Positions 1 through 9,932 are shown, counted from the stretch's first letter. The stretch: DNA of 64,000 nt from Candidatus Kaiserbacteria bacterium (GCA_027451665.1 DAIDIW010000002.1:212254-276253); one strand, 5' to 3'. Numbers and translations are program-made. The notes: a model not told the origin generated them from the letters alone.

Positions 1-589
1 GCGCTGATAGGACTTCGGCTGAGTGCTCGTACGCGGAGGATGCCTTCTCCTTCGCACTCTTTCCGCCTTTCTGGGCGCCTTCGATGAGCTCCGCAAGCTT
101 CGTTCGCCACTCCTTCTTTGTCCGATATTCAGAACCCTCGCCCGTGTGCAAGGAGCTATCCAAGACCTGAAAATAGCCCCGTTCCTCAACGGGCGGCAAG
201 CTCGCGTTCGGCTGTATACCATCTTCAGGTTCAGCGTCGGCTCCCGGCCCGCCAGCGCTACTCGCGAGCGACTCATTCTCCTTTCCGGCGCGCTCCCTAC
301 CGGGAGAAAGACGCATGGCGTCGTTAAGTGACGCATTCGGCGATTCATCGGCATCGTTTTCCTCATTGCTCAATGCGGTCTGCCCCGCAATCTCACTGGG
401 AACCGCTTGCGTCTCCTCCTCGTGCGGAACGGCTTTATCGTGCTCGGGAGCATGCCCTTCCTCGCTTGTCGCTACCAGTTCGGCGTCCTCAGCCGTAGCG
501 CGCATCCTATCCCATTTCCCTCTCGGGTCGCGTACCGCCTTGGGGCTTCCACCCGACTTCGGAGGAACATCCATGCGGTTATTCTTCAT
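1..589 (-). CDS. partial CDS (runs off window start): acidic, Glu/Ala-rich, probably disordered hypothetical protein; the ATG at 589-587 overlaps the upstream stop (ATGA), so the two genes are translationally coupled
   Basis: Manual translation of the minus strand from the ATG at 589 gives MKNNRMDVPPKSGGSPKAVRD...EEETQAVPSEIAG...AEPEDG...KKEWRTKLAELIEGAQKGGKSAKEK with no stop before position 1. It is absent from the ORF track because it is open-ended. The listed + strand ORFs at 23-655 are antisense to it. Confidence 0.4.
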   Translation of the reverse strand, partial: MKNNRMDVPPKSGGSPKAVRDPRGKWDRMRATAEDAELVATSEEGHAPEHDKAVPHEEETQAVPSEIAGQTALSNEENDADESPNASLNDAMRLSPGRERAGKENESLASSAGGPGADAEPEDGIQPNASLPPVEERGYFQVLDSSLHTGEGSEYRTKKEWRTKLAELIEGAQKGGKSAKEKASSAYEHSAEVLSA

Positions 590-3465
590 ACGCGTGCGTG
601 CGAGAGATACCGCTCGCGAATCATGTTTTCAACGGTAGCACGGTCGCGTCCGTAGGTCAGCATTGAAAGCTGGATAAGGTCTTCAACCTGCGCACCGTTG
701 CCCTCCGGCAGATCCGCAGTGCGCATATCGAACGGTTTCTGCGGCACGCCCTGCGCAAGGAGACGCAAAAGCGCGTGACGATTCTCGAGATTGACGAAGT
801 CAGACGCGCCGAACACCGGCGCGAATTGCTTTGCGAAGAATTCCGCGTCGTCCTCACCCACCCGGAAGACCGCCATGTTGCCCACGTTGCCGAAGACCGC
901 ATCACGCACCTTCTCGTCGATCTGCGCGAGGAACTGGTGGGCCATCGTAAGCGAAAGCTTATATTTTCGGGCCTCAGAGAGAATACCGGGTATAGAGTCA
1001 GTCGTGATGTTTTGGAACTCGTCGATATACAGATAGAACGGTGGAAAGGAAGCCCCGGGAGAATCAGCGCGAGAGAGCGCCGCCATGAAGAGCTTGCCAA
1101 CGATGATGAGCCCGAGGAGATTGGCGTTGCGTTCTCCCAGGCGGCCCTTAGAGAGATTCACAAGCAGTATCTTCTTCGTATCCATGACGTCACGGAACCG
1201 GAACGACGACTCCTGCTGACCAACGATTGGGCGTATGAAATCATTTGCGGTAAAATCATCGAACTTGTTAGTGATGTAGGGCACTATATTCTCCAACGCC
1301 GCGTCTCCGCCTGCTTTCGTCGCAATGTCTGTCCAGAATTGATTCACGATGGGATTCATCGAGCGCGAGAGCTTCAGTCTGCGGAATTCGCTATTGCTCA
1401 AGACCCGAGCGATGTCGAGGATGGTCGAGCCCGACAACGGATCCTCCATTACGAGCATGGTCGCATTACGAAAATACTGCTCGAAGGCGGGACCCATGGA
1501 CTCCGGGACGTCTCCATAGAGGCGCCGGAAGATCATGAGCAGTTCGTTCACGATAAACGTCTTCTGCTCCGGCCTCGAGAGATCGTACTCAAGAAAATTG
1601 AGACCGAAGGGGCGTGAGATATCCGCGGGATCAAAATAGATGACATCGTTATAACGCTCCGGCGGGACGGCCGCGAGCACATCGAATATGTCGTTCCCGT
1701 GCGGGTCAATAAAGCAGCAGCCCTCCCCTGCTTGAATATCCTGCACGATCATACCTTTCAGGAATCCCGTTTTCCCCGCCCCAGTCTGTCCGATCGCGTA
1801 TAGGTGGCGTAGACGATCCTCTCGCGCAAGCCGTACGGACGTACGAGCGCCGCGGAACTCGTTGTAGCCGAGGAGAACGCCCTCAGCAGGCAGCGTGAGC
1901 GGCGGTGCCGCACGCGGCGTACGCGATTGCCTCAGATGCGGCGCCGACGCCATGCCCTCCGGCGGGAAGTGGTACAAGCTCGTCACCTCGCGCAGGGAAA
2001 GCGGGAGCGCGTGCGGATCCGGCACGCGAAATGAGAAGTCCTCGAGTACACTCGACGCACGCCGTGCCGGAATGCGCTCGAATACGAGCCGATTGCCGGT
2101 CGTATTTGCAAACTGGTTGAAAGAGGCTTCCAGATCGCCAAGCACCTGTTCTGCGCGCGACGGGTCCTTCGAAGAAACGGCGAGACGTATGGTCGTTCCT
2201 ACGATCGGCGTAGTGATCTTCTTCTCTACCTGTTGCGCATACGTCTTATTGGCCTCTACCTGACGGGTCTCCGCTTCCTTCGCCCTCTGTTCATCCTTTG
2301 GTTTGCTCGAGAACAACGTACGCCCGAAGTCGCGGAGCACCTCACCGGCAATCGTTTCTGGCGTCGTGAGCGCTGCCTGGTGGTGTTCGCCCTTACGTAG
2401 CGCCTGGAGGATCTTCGTGTAGTGCGCAACGTGGCGCTGCCCGCGCGGCTCGATGATGAGCTGCAGTGCGGCGCCTTCTCCCACGTGCTCGATCTTCGCG
2501 AATGCATTCGTAATCGCGTTCAACGGGTCATAGTCGAAATCTGTATAATCTTTGAGCGGTAGCGCGGGACTCTCAGCGAGTCGCGCAACCGCGCCGGCGA
2601 ACACGCCGTCCTCGGTAAAAATGTTGTAGTCATTCGGTTGTTGAACGAGATGCGCATCCGGAAAGATAGCCAGGAGCTGCTTCTCGAAGAGGTCGCGCTT
2701 GCCGTTCGGTATGGCCGCATAGAATTGGAGCTCTGCCCCTTCGGCGGGAACGGCAAGCTCGAGCGCAAAGTATGCGGGCTCGCCGGCCGAAGCGTGCGCA
2801 ACGGCAAGCAGTCCCGCGTAAAACTGCTCCATAGCCGACACGAGCTCCTTCAAGGTCTTTTCCCGCGCCCCGGGCGCGGGCGCCTCGAGCGCAGGGAGCG
2901 CGATCTCATAGAGCGTCATGTGGAGCGCCCTGAAGCGCGGCGCCGTCTGATCGATGCCCGCGACCGGAAGACCGGCGGCCAGATAACGAACGAGGAAGCG
3001 ATGGAAGTCGTCGCCGACTTTCGGATCATTGAGCCGTTCGGCCACGGAAAGCGCGTTCTTGACGCCCTTCTGCTCCATGGTACGGATGAGGTCGCGGACG
3101 GCGACCTCGCTGCCGCCCAGATTGAGGGACACGACGATACGTGACGCCGCATCGTCCTGCGCGGACGCTTCAAGCGCGTAGCGTTCATCGAGAATCGTGC
3201 TCGGCGTCGCTGCATGCGCCCTGATGCGTTCTGAGATGATCTGCGCGCGCGCTTCGGGTCCGACGGCTCCCTCGCGCGCAGCAAGCTGCGCTTCCTTCTG
3301 CGCGATTTGCTCGCGCAAGTACGCTATCTCTTCCTCCGGCGTCGTAAGTGTCGGGGCCCATTCCATAGAACGATTGTACCAATGAACGGCGCAAGAAACC
3401 GCGCAATCCACGCGTAGTGCGTTTGCTGCTACACTAGGGGCGAATGAGCCAGTTCCTCTACGCAT
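586..3465 (-). CDS. FtsK/HerA-VirB4/VirD4-superfamily P-loop ATPase (DUF87-like, type IV secretion/conjugation-type), 959 aa; the ATPase module is in the C-terminal half, after an ~500-aa Ala-rich N-terminal region of unknown function
   Basis: Walker A GQTGAGKTGF is followed by FIDPHGND (HerA/DUF87-like D-P-H-G). Walker B is YLYIDEFQN, followed by TMAHQFLAQ. There are no obvious TM helices. Confidence 0.6.
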   Translation of the reverse strand: MRRGTGSFAPSVAANALRVDCAVSCAVHWYNRSMEWAPTLTTPEEEIAYLREQIAQKEAQLAAREGAVGPEARAQIISERIRAHAATPSTILDERYALEASAQDDAASRIVVSLNLGGSEVAVRDLIRTMEQKGVKNALSVAERLNDPKVGDDFHRFLVRYLAAGLPVAGIDQTAPRFRALHMTLYEIALPALEAPAPGAREKTLKELVSAMEQFYAGLLAVAHASAGEPAYFALELAVPAEGAELQFYAAIPNGKRDLFEKQLLAIFPDAHLVQQPNDYNIFTEDGVFAGAVARLAESPALPLKDYTDFDYDPLNAITNAFAKIEHVGEGAALQLIIEPRGQRHVAHYTKILQALRKGEHHQAALTTPETIAGEVLRDFGRTLFSSKPKDEQRAKEAETRQVEANKTYAQQVEKKITTPIVGTTIRLAVSSKDPSRAEQVLGDLEASFNQFANTTGNRLVFERIPARRASSVLEDFSFRVPDPHALPLSLREVTSLYHFPPEGMASAPHLRQSRTPRAAPPLTLPAEGVLLGYNEFRGARTSVRLAREDRLRHLYAIGQTGAGKTGFLKGMIVQDIQAGEGCCFIDPHGNDIFDVLAAVPPERYNDVIYFDPADISRPFGLNFLEYDLSRPEQKTFIVNELLMIFRRLYGDVPESMGPAFEQYFRNATMLVMEDPLSGSTILDIARVLSNSEFRRLKLSRSMNPIVNQFWTDIATKAGGDAALENIVPYITNKFDDFTANDFIRPIVGQQESSFRFRDVMDTKKILLVNLSKGRLGERNANLLGLIIVGKLFMAALSRADSPGASFPPFYLYIDEFQNITTDSIPGILSEARKYKLSLTMAHQFLAQIDEKVRDAVFGNVGNMAVFRVGEDDAEFFAKQFAPVFGASDFVNLENRHALLRLLAQGVPQKPFDMRTADLPEGNGAQVEDLIQLSMLTYGRDRATVENMIRERYLSHARV

Positions 3466-4061
3466 GCCTTCAATTCAACCCGCTAGCGATCGTGCAGGCC
3501 GGCGGCTATCTCGGGATCATTGCGTTCGTATTCGCTGAGTCGGGACTTATGATCGGCATCTTCTTGCCGGGCGATTCGCTCTTGTTCGCTGCCGGACTCG
3601 TTGCCGGTGGCGGCTTTCTTTCCTACCCCCTCCTGCTCGGAGCAGCCCTCCTCGCGGCTATCGCTGGCGATTCGGTCGGTTATTGGTTCGGCCGAAATGT
3701 GGGCGTGAATTTCTTCCGACGGGAGGAATCCCTCTTTTTCAAGCGTTCGTACGTCGCGCGCACGCGCGCGTTCTACAAGGCGTATGGCGGGCGGGCAGTA
3801 GTCCTCGCACGGTTTGTACCGGTAATACGGACAGTCGCCCCGATTATGGCGGGCATCGGCAAGATGCGCTACGGCCGATTCCTCGCCTATAACGCGGCCG
3901 GTGGTCTGTTCTGGACTGCGGGCATGATTTCGTTCGGCTATTTCCTCGGCGCCACACTTCCCAACAGCGAACGCTATGTGCTTCCGCTTTCACTCGGGAT
4001 TATTATGATTTCATTCCTGCCACTTGCCTGGAGTCTCGTTAGACGGCGCGCGCTCGCCTAA
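3444..4061 (+). CDS. dedA: DedA family (SNARE-associated/TVP38-like) membrane protein
   Basis: Canonical motif G(I)FLPGDSLLFAAGLVAG...GDSVGYWFGR plus multiple TM segments. Confidence 0.85.
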   Translation: MSQFLYACLQFNPLAIVQAGGYLGIIAFVFAESGLMIGIFLPGDSLLFAAGLVAGGGFLSYPLLLGAALLAAIAGDSVGYWFGRNVGVNFFRREESLFFKRSYVARTRAFYKAYGGRAVVLARFVPVIRTVAPIMAGIGKMRYGRFLAYNAAGGLFWTAGMISFGYFLGATLPNSERYVLPLSLGIIMISFLPLAWSLVRRRALA

Positions 4062-4327
4062 AGTCCGAGCATCTGTAGTACGGATGCCGTAGGGGTGGTT
4101 TGGTGCAGCACGCTCGTTGGTAGCGTCATGAGCGAGTTGTAGGTGCCGGCGGTAGCGTTCAAGAAATACGGGATCGCGAATACGAGTCCGATGAGTGGCA
4201 CTACGAAGAGCACGATCGTGATAACGCCCGTCCAAAAGAGATACTGCTGCGCACGGTGCGCAGCTCTATACGCTGCGTCCACCTTCTGTTCTATCTCCTC
4301 GAGCTTCGCCTTGAGTTCAGGATCCAT
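4058..4327 (-). CDS. hypothetical small single-TM protein
   Basis: 89-aa ORF with an N-terminal coiled segment then a hydrophobic helix (VITIVLFVVPLIGLVFAIPYF). It is co-directional and abutting 4330-4662. Confidence 0.35.
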   Translation of the reverse strand: MDPELKAKLEEIEQKVDAAYRAAHRAQQYLFWTGVITIVLFVVPLIGLVFAIPYFLNATAGTYNSLMTLPTSVLHQTTPTASVLQMLGL

Positions 4328-4329
4328 GC

Positions 4330-4662
4330 TTAGACACGCCAGATGGAGAACACCCAGTTCACGATCGAAAGCACAATCGCAAAGAAGAACGCCGGCCAGA
4401 AACCGGAGACCGCAAATCCCGGCACGACAACCGCCGCGAGCAAGACAAGAAGCGCGTTGATCACGAGCGTAAAGAGGCCAAGCGTGAGGATCGTGAGTGG
4501 AAGCGTGAGCAGAAAGATGAGCGGACGCACGAGGAGGTTCAGAGCGCCGAGCACGACGGCCGTGATGAGCGCTCCCGTTATCGTGACGGAAACCCCCGGG
4601 ATGAGGTACGCGGCCACGCCGATGGCGACTGCCGATACGAGCCAGTGGAAGAAAAGTCTCAT
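4330..4662 (-). CDS. small 4-TM membrane protein, phage-holin-4_2/DUF360-like
   Basis: 110 aa, almost entirely hydrophobic helices (LVSAVAIGVAAYLIPGVSV...LLTLPLTILTLGLFTLVINALLVLLAA). Confidence 0.5.
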   Translation of the reverse strand: MRLFFHWLVSAVAIGVAAYLIPGVSVTITGALITAVVLGALNLLVRPLIFLLTLPLTILTLGLFTLVINALLVLLAAVVVPGFAVSGFWPAFFFAIVLSIVNWVFSIWRV

Positions 4663-4723
4663 GCGGGTAATGCTAGCACGACCGGGCCGCCTACTCCGGT
4701 CGTGCTACGCGCCATCGGGCGTC

Positions 4724-5419
4724 CTACGCGAGGTGATCCGCAAGGAAAGCGTCGGCGAGCGCCCACGCTTCGTTCGCCGAGGTCTTGTGATAGTGCGCTC
4801 CCACGTCGCGCGCAAAGGCATGATCAGCCTCCGAAAACGTCACATCTACGAACGGTTTGCTCGCGTTAGCCAGCGCATCAGCGACCGCGCGCGTCTTCTC
4901 AACGAGAATGTGTGCATCCTTCCCACCCCAAAAGAAAAGCTGTGGACCTGAAAGCGCGTCCACACGATCGAGAAGCTGCTCACTGATACCGCCACCGTAG
5001 AACGAGACAGCGCATGCAAGCGGCAGCGTAGCATTCGCGAGGAAGCTCGCACGGCCGCCCATGCAGAATCCGAGCGCCGCGATTTTCCCCTTCGGCGCTC
5101 CCTCTCGCACGAGAAGATCGTAGGACGCCTTCAAATCGACCTCCTGACCTTCGAGCGTAAGCGCCGCCATGTGCGGTTTAACCTGCTCGAAATCATCATA
5201 TGAGAACGCCGCGCCGACCTCTGCCGATCGATGGAATACTTCGGGCGCCACGGCGAGATATCCCGCTGCGGTAAATCGCGCCGTCATGCGCTCAATGTAG
5301 TCGGTCACGCCGAACGCCTCCTGAATCACGATGATGCCTGCCTTCGGCGCGCCCTCGGGACGCGCGACGTGGACCTGCATCTCCGTCCCATCTGTTACCT
5401 GAATCGTCATTAGTTCCAT
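4724..5419 (-). CDS. dienelactone hydrolase family alpha/beta hydrolase
   Basis: GIIVIQEAFGV...nucleophile elbow GFCMGG...GGKDAHI. Length 231 aa is typical for DLH. Confidence 0.8.
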   Translation of the reverse strand: MELMTIQVTDGTEMQVHVARPEGAPKAGIIVIQEAFGVTDYIERMTARFTAAGYLAVAPEVFHRSAEVGAAFSYDDFEQVKPHMAALTLEGQEVDLKASYDLLVREGAPKGKIAALGFCMGGRASFLANATLPLACAVSFYGGGISEQLLDRVDALSGPQLFFWGGKDAHILVEKTRAVADALANASKPFVDVTFSEADHAFARDVGAHYHKTSANEAWALADAFLADHLA

Positions 5420-5467
5420 ATCTACGTACTATACCGCGGATGCCGGTGAGCCTGCTGTGAATACCGT

Positions 5468-6193
5468 TCAGCCGGCGAGATGGACGACCGCATAGAGAAC
5501 CCCTGCGCCGAGGAGCGTGAGCACCGTTGTAAGGACGCGCGGATGCCGGTGATGGCTCTCGGGGATGAGGTCGCTCGCGGAAAGATACAGGAAGCTCCCT
5601 ACGAATACGGCGAGTACGAGCCCTATCGCCTGTTCCGGGATCGCAAAAAATAGCGTCGATGCGGCGCCAAGTACCGGCGCAAACGCATCTGCGAAAAGCC
5701 ACCGCGAGGCAAGCTTCCATGATCCGTGATTGCGCAGCACGAGGCTCACCGTATTTATGCCATCGGAGAAATCATGTGTAAGAACCGCGGCAGTGACAAC
5801 AAGGCCGATCGCTGCGGACGCTTGGAAGCCGAGGCCGATCGCAACGCCGTCGAGGAAGCTATGCAGGGAGAGCGTAAGCGCGCCGAATGCGCCGCGCGAG
5901 GAGTGGGAATGCTCAACATGCGTTTCATCATCGTGCGAATGAAGCAATATGAGGCGATCGAGGATGAGATAGCCGAAAAGGCCGCTTGCGATAAAGAGCG
6001 CGACCGTGTCTGGCGTGTGGTAGCGCGTTCCGAGACTGATCGCTTCAGGCAAGAGATCAAAAAGCGCGACACCCGCCACAGCACCCGCGGCAAAGCCGAG
6101 GATGAGATGAAGTTTGTCACGAAACTTAAGCGCAAAGGTTCCGCCGATGAAGGTTGCAAGGAATGCGGCAAACGCGTAGGCGAGTACGATCAT
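5468..6193 (-). CDS. zupT: ZIP family metal (Zn/Fe) transporter
   Basis: His-rich loop HSHDDETHVEHSHSS plus HSFLDGVAIGLGF and a multi-TM architecture. Confidence 0.8.
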   Translation of the reverse strand: MIVLAYAFAAFLATFIGGTFALKFRDKLHLILGFAAGAVAGVALFDLLPEAISLGTRYHTPDTVALFIASGLFGYLILDRLILLHSHDDETHVEHSHSSRGAFGALTLSLHSFLDGVAIGLGFQASAAIGLVVTAAVLTHDFSDGINTVSLVLRNHGSWKLASRWLFADAFAPVLGAASTLFFAIPEQAIGLVLAVFVGSFLYLSASDLIPESHHRHPRVLTTVLTLLGAGVLYAVVHLAG

Positions 6194-6207
6194 GACGTCA
6201 TAATAGC

Positions 6208-6672
6208 CTAAAATCGGAGCGGCTTCACCGGCGTCATGATTGCGTTCGGGTCGCGCCTCCAGTCGTCCCGCACGTCCGCGTAAAGCTCGAGCTCGTTACC
6301 GTCAGGGTCGAGGACGTAGATGCTGTGCGTGACCTGGTGGTCAGCCGTCCCGACGATAAGTACACCCTTCTTATGCAACTCCTCGTATGCCGCCTTCGCA
6401 GCGGCAGGTCCGTCGCCTATCTTGAAGCCGATATGATAGAGGCCCGGTCGCATCTCGTGAGCGCGCGCAGGTGACCTCGGCGCCCCGCCCACTTCGATGA
6501 GCAGCAATTCGTGATGCGTGCGGCCACCTGAGAAAAGCGCCGTTGGCCACTGCCGTACGACCTCCGTAAAGCCGAGGGTATCGCGATAGAAATCCGCCAT
6601 CCGTTCGAGGTCAGTTACGTAGAGCACAACGTGGCCGAGTTCCTGGATTTGCATACTCCTACTATACGACAC
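6208..6672 (-). CDS. VOC family protein (glyoxalase/bleomycin resistance/dioxygenase fold)
   Basis: LGHVVLYVTDLERMADFYRDTLGF...HIGFKI...H..YVLDPDGNELEL. Confidence 0.75.
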   Translation of the reverse strand: MSYSRSMQIQELGHVVLYVTDLERMADFYRDTLGFTEVVRQWPTALFSGGRTHHELLLIEVGGAPRSPARAHEMRPGLYHIGFKIGDGPAAAKAAYEELHKKGVLIVGTADHQVTHSIYVLDPDGNELELYADVRDDWRRDPNAIMTPVKPLRF

Positions 6673-6718
6673 GGCCCGCCAGAGGCTGGCCGTGCACGCC
6701 GGACTCAGGTTCTGAGTA

Positions 6719-7426
6719 TTACTTGTTGAGCTGTGCGTCTATCGCCTGCTGGAACACCGCATACGGTTGCGCGCCGGCGATAAGCTGCGTGCCGATTATG
6801 AACGACGGGGTCGCATTCACGCCCTCCTTCGTACCCTCGGCCTTGTCGTTATTGATGGCCGCGTCGTACGCAGGCTGGTTGGCCTGCACGGCAGCGACAA
6901 TCTTCGTCCAATCGAGACCGGACACCGACTGCGTAGTCTTCTTGAGGAAGGCAAGGTTAGCTGAAGCGCTCAAGCTATTCTCCTGGGGCTGATTGGTGAA
7001 GAGCGCTGTGCGCCACTCGTAATAGAGACTCGGATAAAGACTCCAAATCGCGCGCGCATATTCAGCATCAGTCATGGAATCCGGACCGAGGAACGGGAAG
7101 TCCATGAAGACGACCTTCACCTTTCCCTGATTCACATAATTCTGCACGACTTGTGGAAGCGTCTGCATCTCGAACATCTTGCAGAACGGGCACTGGAAAT
7201 CGCTCCAAAAGGCAATCGTCACCGGCGCGTTCGCCTGGCCGAGGTACGGACTATTCGAAGTATTCACATCAGCAATATTTACTGTGGGCGCGGTCCCGCC
7301 GCCCGGCGTCCCTGCGGCCGAAGGAGTCGCTGGGTGCTGGCCGTTCCAGAGCACAGCGCCCGCTATCAAAATTCCTGCGACGATCACCGATCCCGCGAGG
7401 AAAAGAGGATTATTTCCGTTATTCAT
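6719..7426 (-). CDS. DsbA-like thioredoxin-fold thiol:disulfide oxidoreductase, membrane-anchored
   Basis: Active site FQCPFCKMF. A plausible start MNNGNNPLFLAGSVIVAGIL (ATG at 7426) follows a TM anchor. The track ORF extends to 7759, but the 5' part looks non-coding. Confidence 0.75.
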   Translation of the reverse strand: MNNGNNPLFLAGSVIVAGILIAGAVLWNGQHPATPSAAGTPGGGTAPTVNIADVNTSNSPYLGQANAPVTIAFWSDFQCPFCKMFEMQTLPQVVQNYVNQGKVKVVFMDFPFLGPDSMTDAEYARAIWSLYPSLYYEWRTALFTNQPQENSLSASANLAFLKKTTQSVSGLDWTKIVAAVQANQPAYDAAINNDKAEGTKEGVNATPSFIIGTQLIAGAQPYAVFQQAIDAQLNK

Positions 7427-7513
7427 AGCGCAATCATACCATGACGACTCTGATTGCAACGAGCTTGCCCTTCGCGTAGGGTATGACAGGAACACGTTCA
7501 TGAAGGAGCTGCC

Positions 7514-7888
7514 ATGCAACCCGCACCATTCGCCGACGAAGCCGCTGCACTTGCGGAACTTGCGAAGGACGAGGCGGCCGACCGCACCGCCATCCGCGCT
7601 CGCTTTACTGTCCTCCTCACGCAGAGCACGCAGGGCCTCTGGCGGGAGCTCGATCGTGCGGGAGGCGCGCCGAAGACGTTCGCATATATCGTTTCTTGCG
7701 CCGCACGGCTCGAGATTCCAATCGAATGTACGGATCCCGAACTTGGGCTGAAGCGCCACATCTCCTTCCTCGACCTTATTCCTGAAATCGATCGAGGAGC
7801 GTATGTACCCGGCGATATGATACGCATCTGCGCCTGGCTCTCACGGTGGAGCCGTGAGCAGACGAAGACATCACTCGCCTTCCCATGA
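7514..7888 (+). CDS. hypothetical protein
   Basis: Strong RBS AAGGAG 5 nt upstream of the ATG at 7514. 124 aa with no recognisable motif. Confidence 0.4.
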   Translation: MQPAPFADEAAALAELAKDEAADRTAIRARFTVLLTQSTQGLWRELDRAGGAPKTFAYIVSCAARLEIPIECTDPELGLKRHISFLDLIPEIDRGAYVPGDMIRICAWLSRWSREQTKTSLAFP

Positions 7889-7952
7889 ACCACAAGCGAG
7901 AGAACTGCTCATAGCGCGGCCTTTAGAGGCCGCGCTTTGCTATCATGCGCAT

Positions 7953-8261
7953 ATGGACATGCGCATGCAGGTATACGATGCAGTTGCGAAGATTCCACGC
8001 GGCAAAGTGGCTACCTATGGCCAGATCGCCCGTATCGTCGGCGCGCCGCAAGCGGCGCGCGCGGTCGGCTATTTCATGCGCACGAATACGGACACCAACC
8101 GAGTTCCCTGCCACAGGGTCGTCGGACATGACGGGGCACTTGTGGGCTACGCCTTCGATGGTGTCGCGGAAAAACGGAAGCTGCTTATCGATGAGGGCGT
8201 CTCCTTCAGAGGACCGCGCGTGAATCTAAGTGTTTCGCTCTGGACGCCCGACCGCACCTAG
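7953..8261 (+). CDS. MGMT-family (methylated-DNA-protein-cysteine methyltransferase DNA-binding/active-site domain) protein
   Basis: GKVATYGQIARIVGAPQAARAVG...NRVPCHRVVG contains the PCHR active-site motif. The internal start MDMRMQVYDAV gives a ~100-aa single-domain protein. Confidence 0.75.
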   Translation: MDMRMQVYDAVAKIPRGKVATYGQIARIVGAPQAARAVGYFMRTNTDTNRVPCHRVVGHDGALVGYAFDGVAEKRKLLIDEGVSFRGPRVNLSVSLWTPDRT

Positions 8262-8278
8262 CACTCGGAGCATATGCG

Positions 8279-9439
8279 CTATTGGTACTGGATGTAAATG
8301 GGCGTCGGCGTCAAGCCAAGCACTTCGCTCGTCGTGAGAAGGCGCGTCGAGGGTGGCTTCAGGTCTGCCTTATAGAAGAGCTTCATACCTGTAAACTGCA
8401 CCGGATAGGGCGCTATCACATGATAATACGTATTGAACTTGCGCGCGGGCTCTCCCCATCCGTCCATATCCATTACAATCTCCACTTGTGGAAGCGGATG
8501 GATGTCTTCGGTATGCGTCACCATGTCGTACGTGAAGCGGTGTACGATGAGGACTTTTGGTGCGAGACGATTCTTGTTCACGATGTTCGCGAGAAACGAT
8601 GCCGCGTAATTTATATCCTGGGCGTCGAATGTTCCGATCACCGTGCCCGGCGCATTCCCGTATTTCATGGAAAACTCGGGGTCGATTGCTAGCTCCACAT
8701 TCGGGAGCGCCAGCCATTTCGCAAGGAGTGGGAGTTCAGCTTGAAGCGTGCTCTTGCCAACCTGCACGTCAAGTATGAGAAGCCCGTGGATCTGATCAGC
8801 CATCGAGAGTGCTTTCTCGATCTGGGTGTCAGGCATCCGGGCGCGCCACATACCATCCGGCCCCGGCTGCCCCTGTGCGACTACCGCGATGTACTGGATC
8901 GCCGGGATGGTAGGCATATTCGGATCAGCTTTCGCCCACATCTCTGAGGTCGATGCAAGCATCGCGAGCAACTCTTCGCGCGGATATTCGCCAAGCACGC
9001 CCATCTGCTTCGAATAGAAATTGCCGTAGTAGGCAACGATACGATGGAACGGTAGGATGGCCCCGCCTTCTGGATACACGGTCGATGCGGGCCACTTCTG
9101 CCCCGGCACCATGACACTCGTGGTCGCCGTCGCGATAGGCTGTTTTCGCGTTATGGTGGAACTGGCCGTCGACGTGCCCACTACCGGTGGCACCATGTAG
9201 TGCGCGAGGTAGAGCATCTTCGCGTTGTAGGCGGTCTTATCGAGTTTCGCGGGCCATGTGGGCGCCTGCGACACTTGTGCGCCCGCGCGCTCGTAGCGAA
9301 TCGGGAATAAGTTAGCGAACACGAGCAGGTAAACGACGAGACACGCAAGCGCGAGCAAGCCCCCGGCCGGGATTACTTTTCGATGCGTCCGTTTTACGTG
9401 CGATTCAGAGTGCGCGCGCTCTTTGTTCTCACGTGTCAT
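8279..9439 (-). CDS. hypothetical membrane-anchored protein, possibly glycoside-hydrolase-like TIM-barrel fold
   Basis: Likely start MTRENKERAH (ATG 9439), a TM anchor LLALACLVVYLLVFANLF, then a ~330-aa extracytoplasmic domain. The family call is weak. Confidence 0.45.
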   Translation of the reverse strand: MTRENKERAHSESHVKRTHRKVIPAGGLLALACLVVYLLVFANLFPIRYERAGAQVSQAPTWPAKLDKTAYNAKMLYLAHYMVPPVVGTSTASSTITRKQPIATATTSVMVPGQKWPASTVYPEGGAILPFHRIVAYYGNFYSKQMGVLGEYPREELLAMLASTSEMWAKADPNMPTIPAIQYIAVVAQGQPGPDGMWRARMPDTQIEKALSMADQIHGLLILDVQVGKSTLQAELPLLAKWLALPNVELAIDPEFSMKYGNAPGTVIGTFDAQDINYAASFLANIVNKNRLAPKVLIVHRFTYDMVTHTEDIHPLPQVEIVMDMDGWGEPARKFNTYYHVIAPYPVQFTGMKLFYKADLKPPSTRLLTTSEVLGLTPTPIYIQYQ

Positions 9440-9656
9440 GAATGAAGCAATTCTAAGACCTGGCAGGCTAATCCACAAATGAAGACGCACCGCGCAGATT
9501 CACACACGCTACATCATGCGTATGCGAAGGTATCGTCGTGCGACGTGCGGCACCGAGTCTGATCTGCAAAGATCCGATACGTCACGCATGCAGCAGCGGG
9601 CCGGTCGAACGCGTCGCGTAGCAATTACCAGCGTGTAATCGACAACCTTTATCTAT

Positions 9657-9863
9657 ATGTGGCAGCAATGGATAAATGCCATTCTTGGCGTATGGACGAT
9701 CATCGTCCCCTTCCTCGGCTTTACGGCCGCGACCTTTACGTGGGTCCTCGCGATTACTGGTATAGTAATCGCAGTACTTGCAATCTGGGGTGTTGGCGAG
9801 GAATCGACGGAGCGTCAGCATACGGCTGAGCTAGAATACCGTCTGGAGCATCAGCGCAGCTAG
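9657..9863 (+). CDS. small 2-TM membrane protein
   Basis: 68 aa with two hydrophobic helices, followed directly by the intrinsic terminator at 9882-9920. Confidence 0.45.
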   Translation: MWQQWINAILGVWTIIVPFLGFTAATFTWVLAITGIVIAVLAIWGVGEESTERQHTAELEYRLEHQRS

Positions 9864-9881
9864 GTGCGACACACCTCTCCA

Positions 9882-9920
9882 AGAGCGCGGGAGCCGCCGA
9901 AGCGGCTCCCGCGCTCTTTT
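9882..9920 (+). terminator. rho-independent terminator
   Basis: agagcgcgggagccg-ccgaag-cggctcccgcgctct followed by TTTT. Confidence 0.6.
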
Positions 9921-9932
9921 CGATCAACTTTG

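Noticed and set aside
775-1617. 280-aa + strand ORF (and other + ORFs at 23-655, 1895-2263, 2638-3144) inside or adjacent to the ATPase gene
   Set aside because: They are antisense to a motif-bearing minus-strand CDS (586-3465) and to the open-ended minus ORF at 1-589. They are high-GC frame artefacts with low-complexity Arg/Ala/Ser composition.
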